A stretch of 64,000 nt of DNA, taken from contig JBAXRQ010000001.1 in assembly GCA_037131105.1 (NCBI GenBank), positions 830,217-894,216 on the forward strand, given 5' to 3'. A program made the translations under genes and the position numbers. The DNA is from a bacterium (lineage in GTDB: Bacteria; Patescibacteriota; UBA1384; CAILIB01). This document shows positions 63,347 through 64,000 of this stretch, in pieces. The notes beneath the pieces are model-generated. The model ran no database searches and had not been told where the DNA came from. It worked only from the letters and a program-made list of their open reading frames with translations. How positions within the stretch are numbered: the stretch's first letter is position 1; each line of letters opens with the position of its first letter.

Positions 63347-63739
63347 ATGCCTGCAGAAGGAACCACCATATTGCTAGCTGAAGACGACATCATCCTGGCC
63401 GAGCTCTACACTGAGCGCCTTAAGCAGGAGGGATTCAACGTATTGCACGCCGCTGACGGCGAGGCCGCCCTGAAGTTCGTCAAGGAGGACCATCCTGCCC
63501 TGGTTATCCTGGACATCATGATGCCGAAAATGAACGGACTCGATGTACTAAAGCAGATGAAAGAGGACCCTGCTACTAAGAACATCCCGATAATCGTGGT
63601 CACCGCCCTGGTTCAGGAGATCGAGAAGATCAGCAAGATGATGACCCAGGCCGACGCCTACATCGTGAAGTCCGAAGTACTACCCGGAGAGATCATTGAG
63701 CAGGTCAAGAAGCGCTTGGAGGCAGTCCAGGCCGCCTGA
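63347..63739 (+). CDS. Stand-alone response-regulator receiver (CheY-like)
   Basis: EDD...ILDIMMPKMNGLDV...K pattern with no output domain. Confidence 0.8.
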   Translation: MPAEGTTILLAEDDIILAELYTERLKQEGFNVLHAADGEAALKFVKEDHPALVILDIMMPKMNGLDVLKQMKEDPATKNIPIIVVTALVQEIEKISKMMTQADAYIVKSEVLPGEIIEQVKKRLEAVQAA

Positions 63740-63923
63740 GAGAGAACCTTAGGATCTCCATTCCAAACTGACTCGCCCTATTCCTGTCTGCAGATCATTC
63801 AGGGATCGTCCCCGTATCACACGATACACCTCCTCACCCTTCATGCTCTTCGACAAGGACTAAGGCGAGTCCGTTGGTAAAAGAGATCCCTAAGATCCTC
63901 TCCTACTCCCCAACGCGAAAGAG

Positions 63924-63955
63924 GGGCCTTCAGACACTTTCTGGAGGCCCTTTTT
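63924..63955 (+). terminator. Rho-independent terminator
   Basis: GGGCCTTCAGA-cactt-TCTGGAGGCCC followed by TTTTT. Confidence 0.5.
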
Positions 63956-64000
63956 GTGTGGCGCCGCGGGCGCATTTTAGGTATGATGCGGATATGACCT

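Overview
This 64 kb window looks like a compact chromosomal segment from a small-genome bacterium with roughly 55% GC. I lean towards Patescibacteria/CPR on gene content, though that is my inference. The supporting signs are gatCAB next to an archaeal-type AspRS, a 7TM-GAF sensor kinase, a DnaB intein, an embedded pseudopilin-domain protein, and few biosynthetic genes.

The backbone is housekeeping, mostly on the minus strand:
- Translation and tRNA modification: gatC-gatA, miaA, tRNA-Leu(TAG), mnmA, metG, rsmI, rsmA/ksgA, trpS, aspS, rpsF-ssb-rpsR and efp.
- Replication and repair: ligA, recG, tatD, pcrA/uvrD-like helicase, xerC/D-like recombinase, and dnaB carrying a 427-aa LAGLIDADG intein.
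- Cell envelope and division: a membrane-anchored cyclophilin, htpX, lemA, ctpA, a coiled-coil M23 peptidase with ftsX-ftsE, and a G5/RlpA-like protein.
- Stress and uptake: comEA and groES-groEL.

Accessory content includes a vapBC pair, a hicB-hicA pair, a HEPN-motif protein, three TrmB-like regulators (two full-length tandem paralogs), a REC-only protein, and several orphan ORFs next to xerC.

The most unusual block is 54.6–63.7 kb. It holds two MmyB-like XRE regulators with a 100%-identical HTH-coding tract, a MazG-like gene, and a signal-peptide porin-like protein. It also holds a GNAT/autoinducer-synthase-like gene behind a consensus promoter that overlaps a palindrome, a pyruvoyl-dependent histidine-decarboxylase (HdcA) proenzyme homolog, a 7TM-GAF histidine kinase and a stand-alone receiver. 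I read this as a candidate amine-derived small-molecule signalling module; the chemistry is a hypothesis only.

Two further observations stand out. A ~115-nt structured element occurs twice (12.9 kb and 54.1 kb). A long ORF-free interval (54.07–54.59 kb) ends in an intrinsic terminator and may encode an ncRNA. No rRNA, CRISPR array or transposase was seen.

Limits: all calls come from reading the sequence and the ORF track by eye, with no searches run. Between about 50.4 and 52.6 kb my reading of the printed sequence differs from the ORF track by about 1 nt, so regulatory-site coordinates there are ±2 nt.
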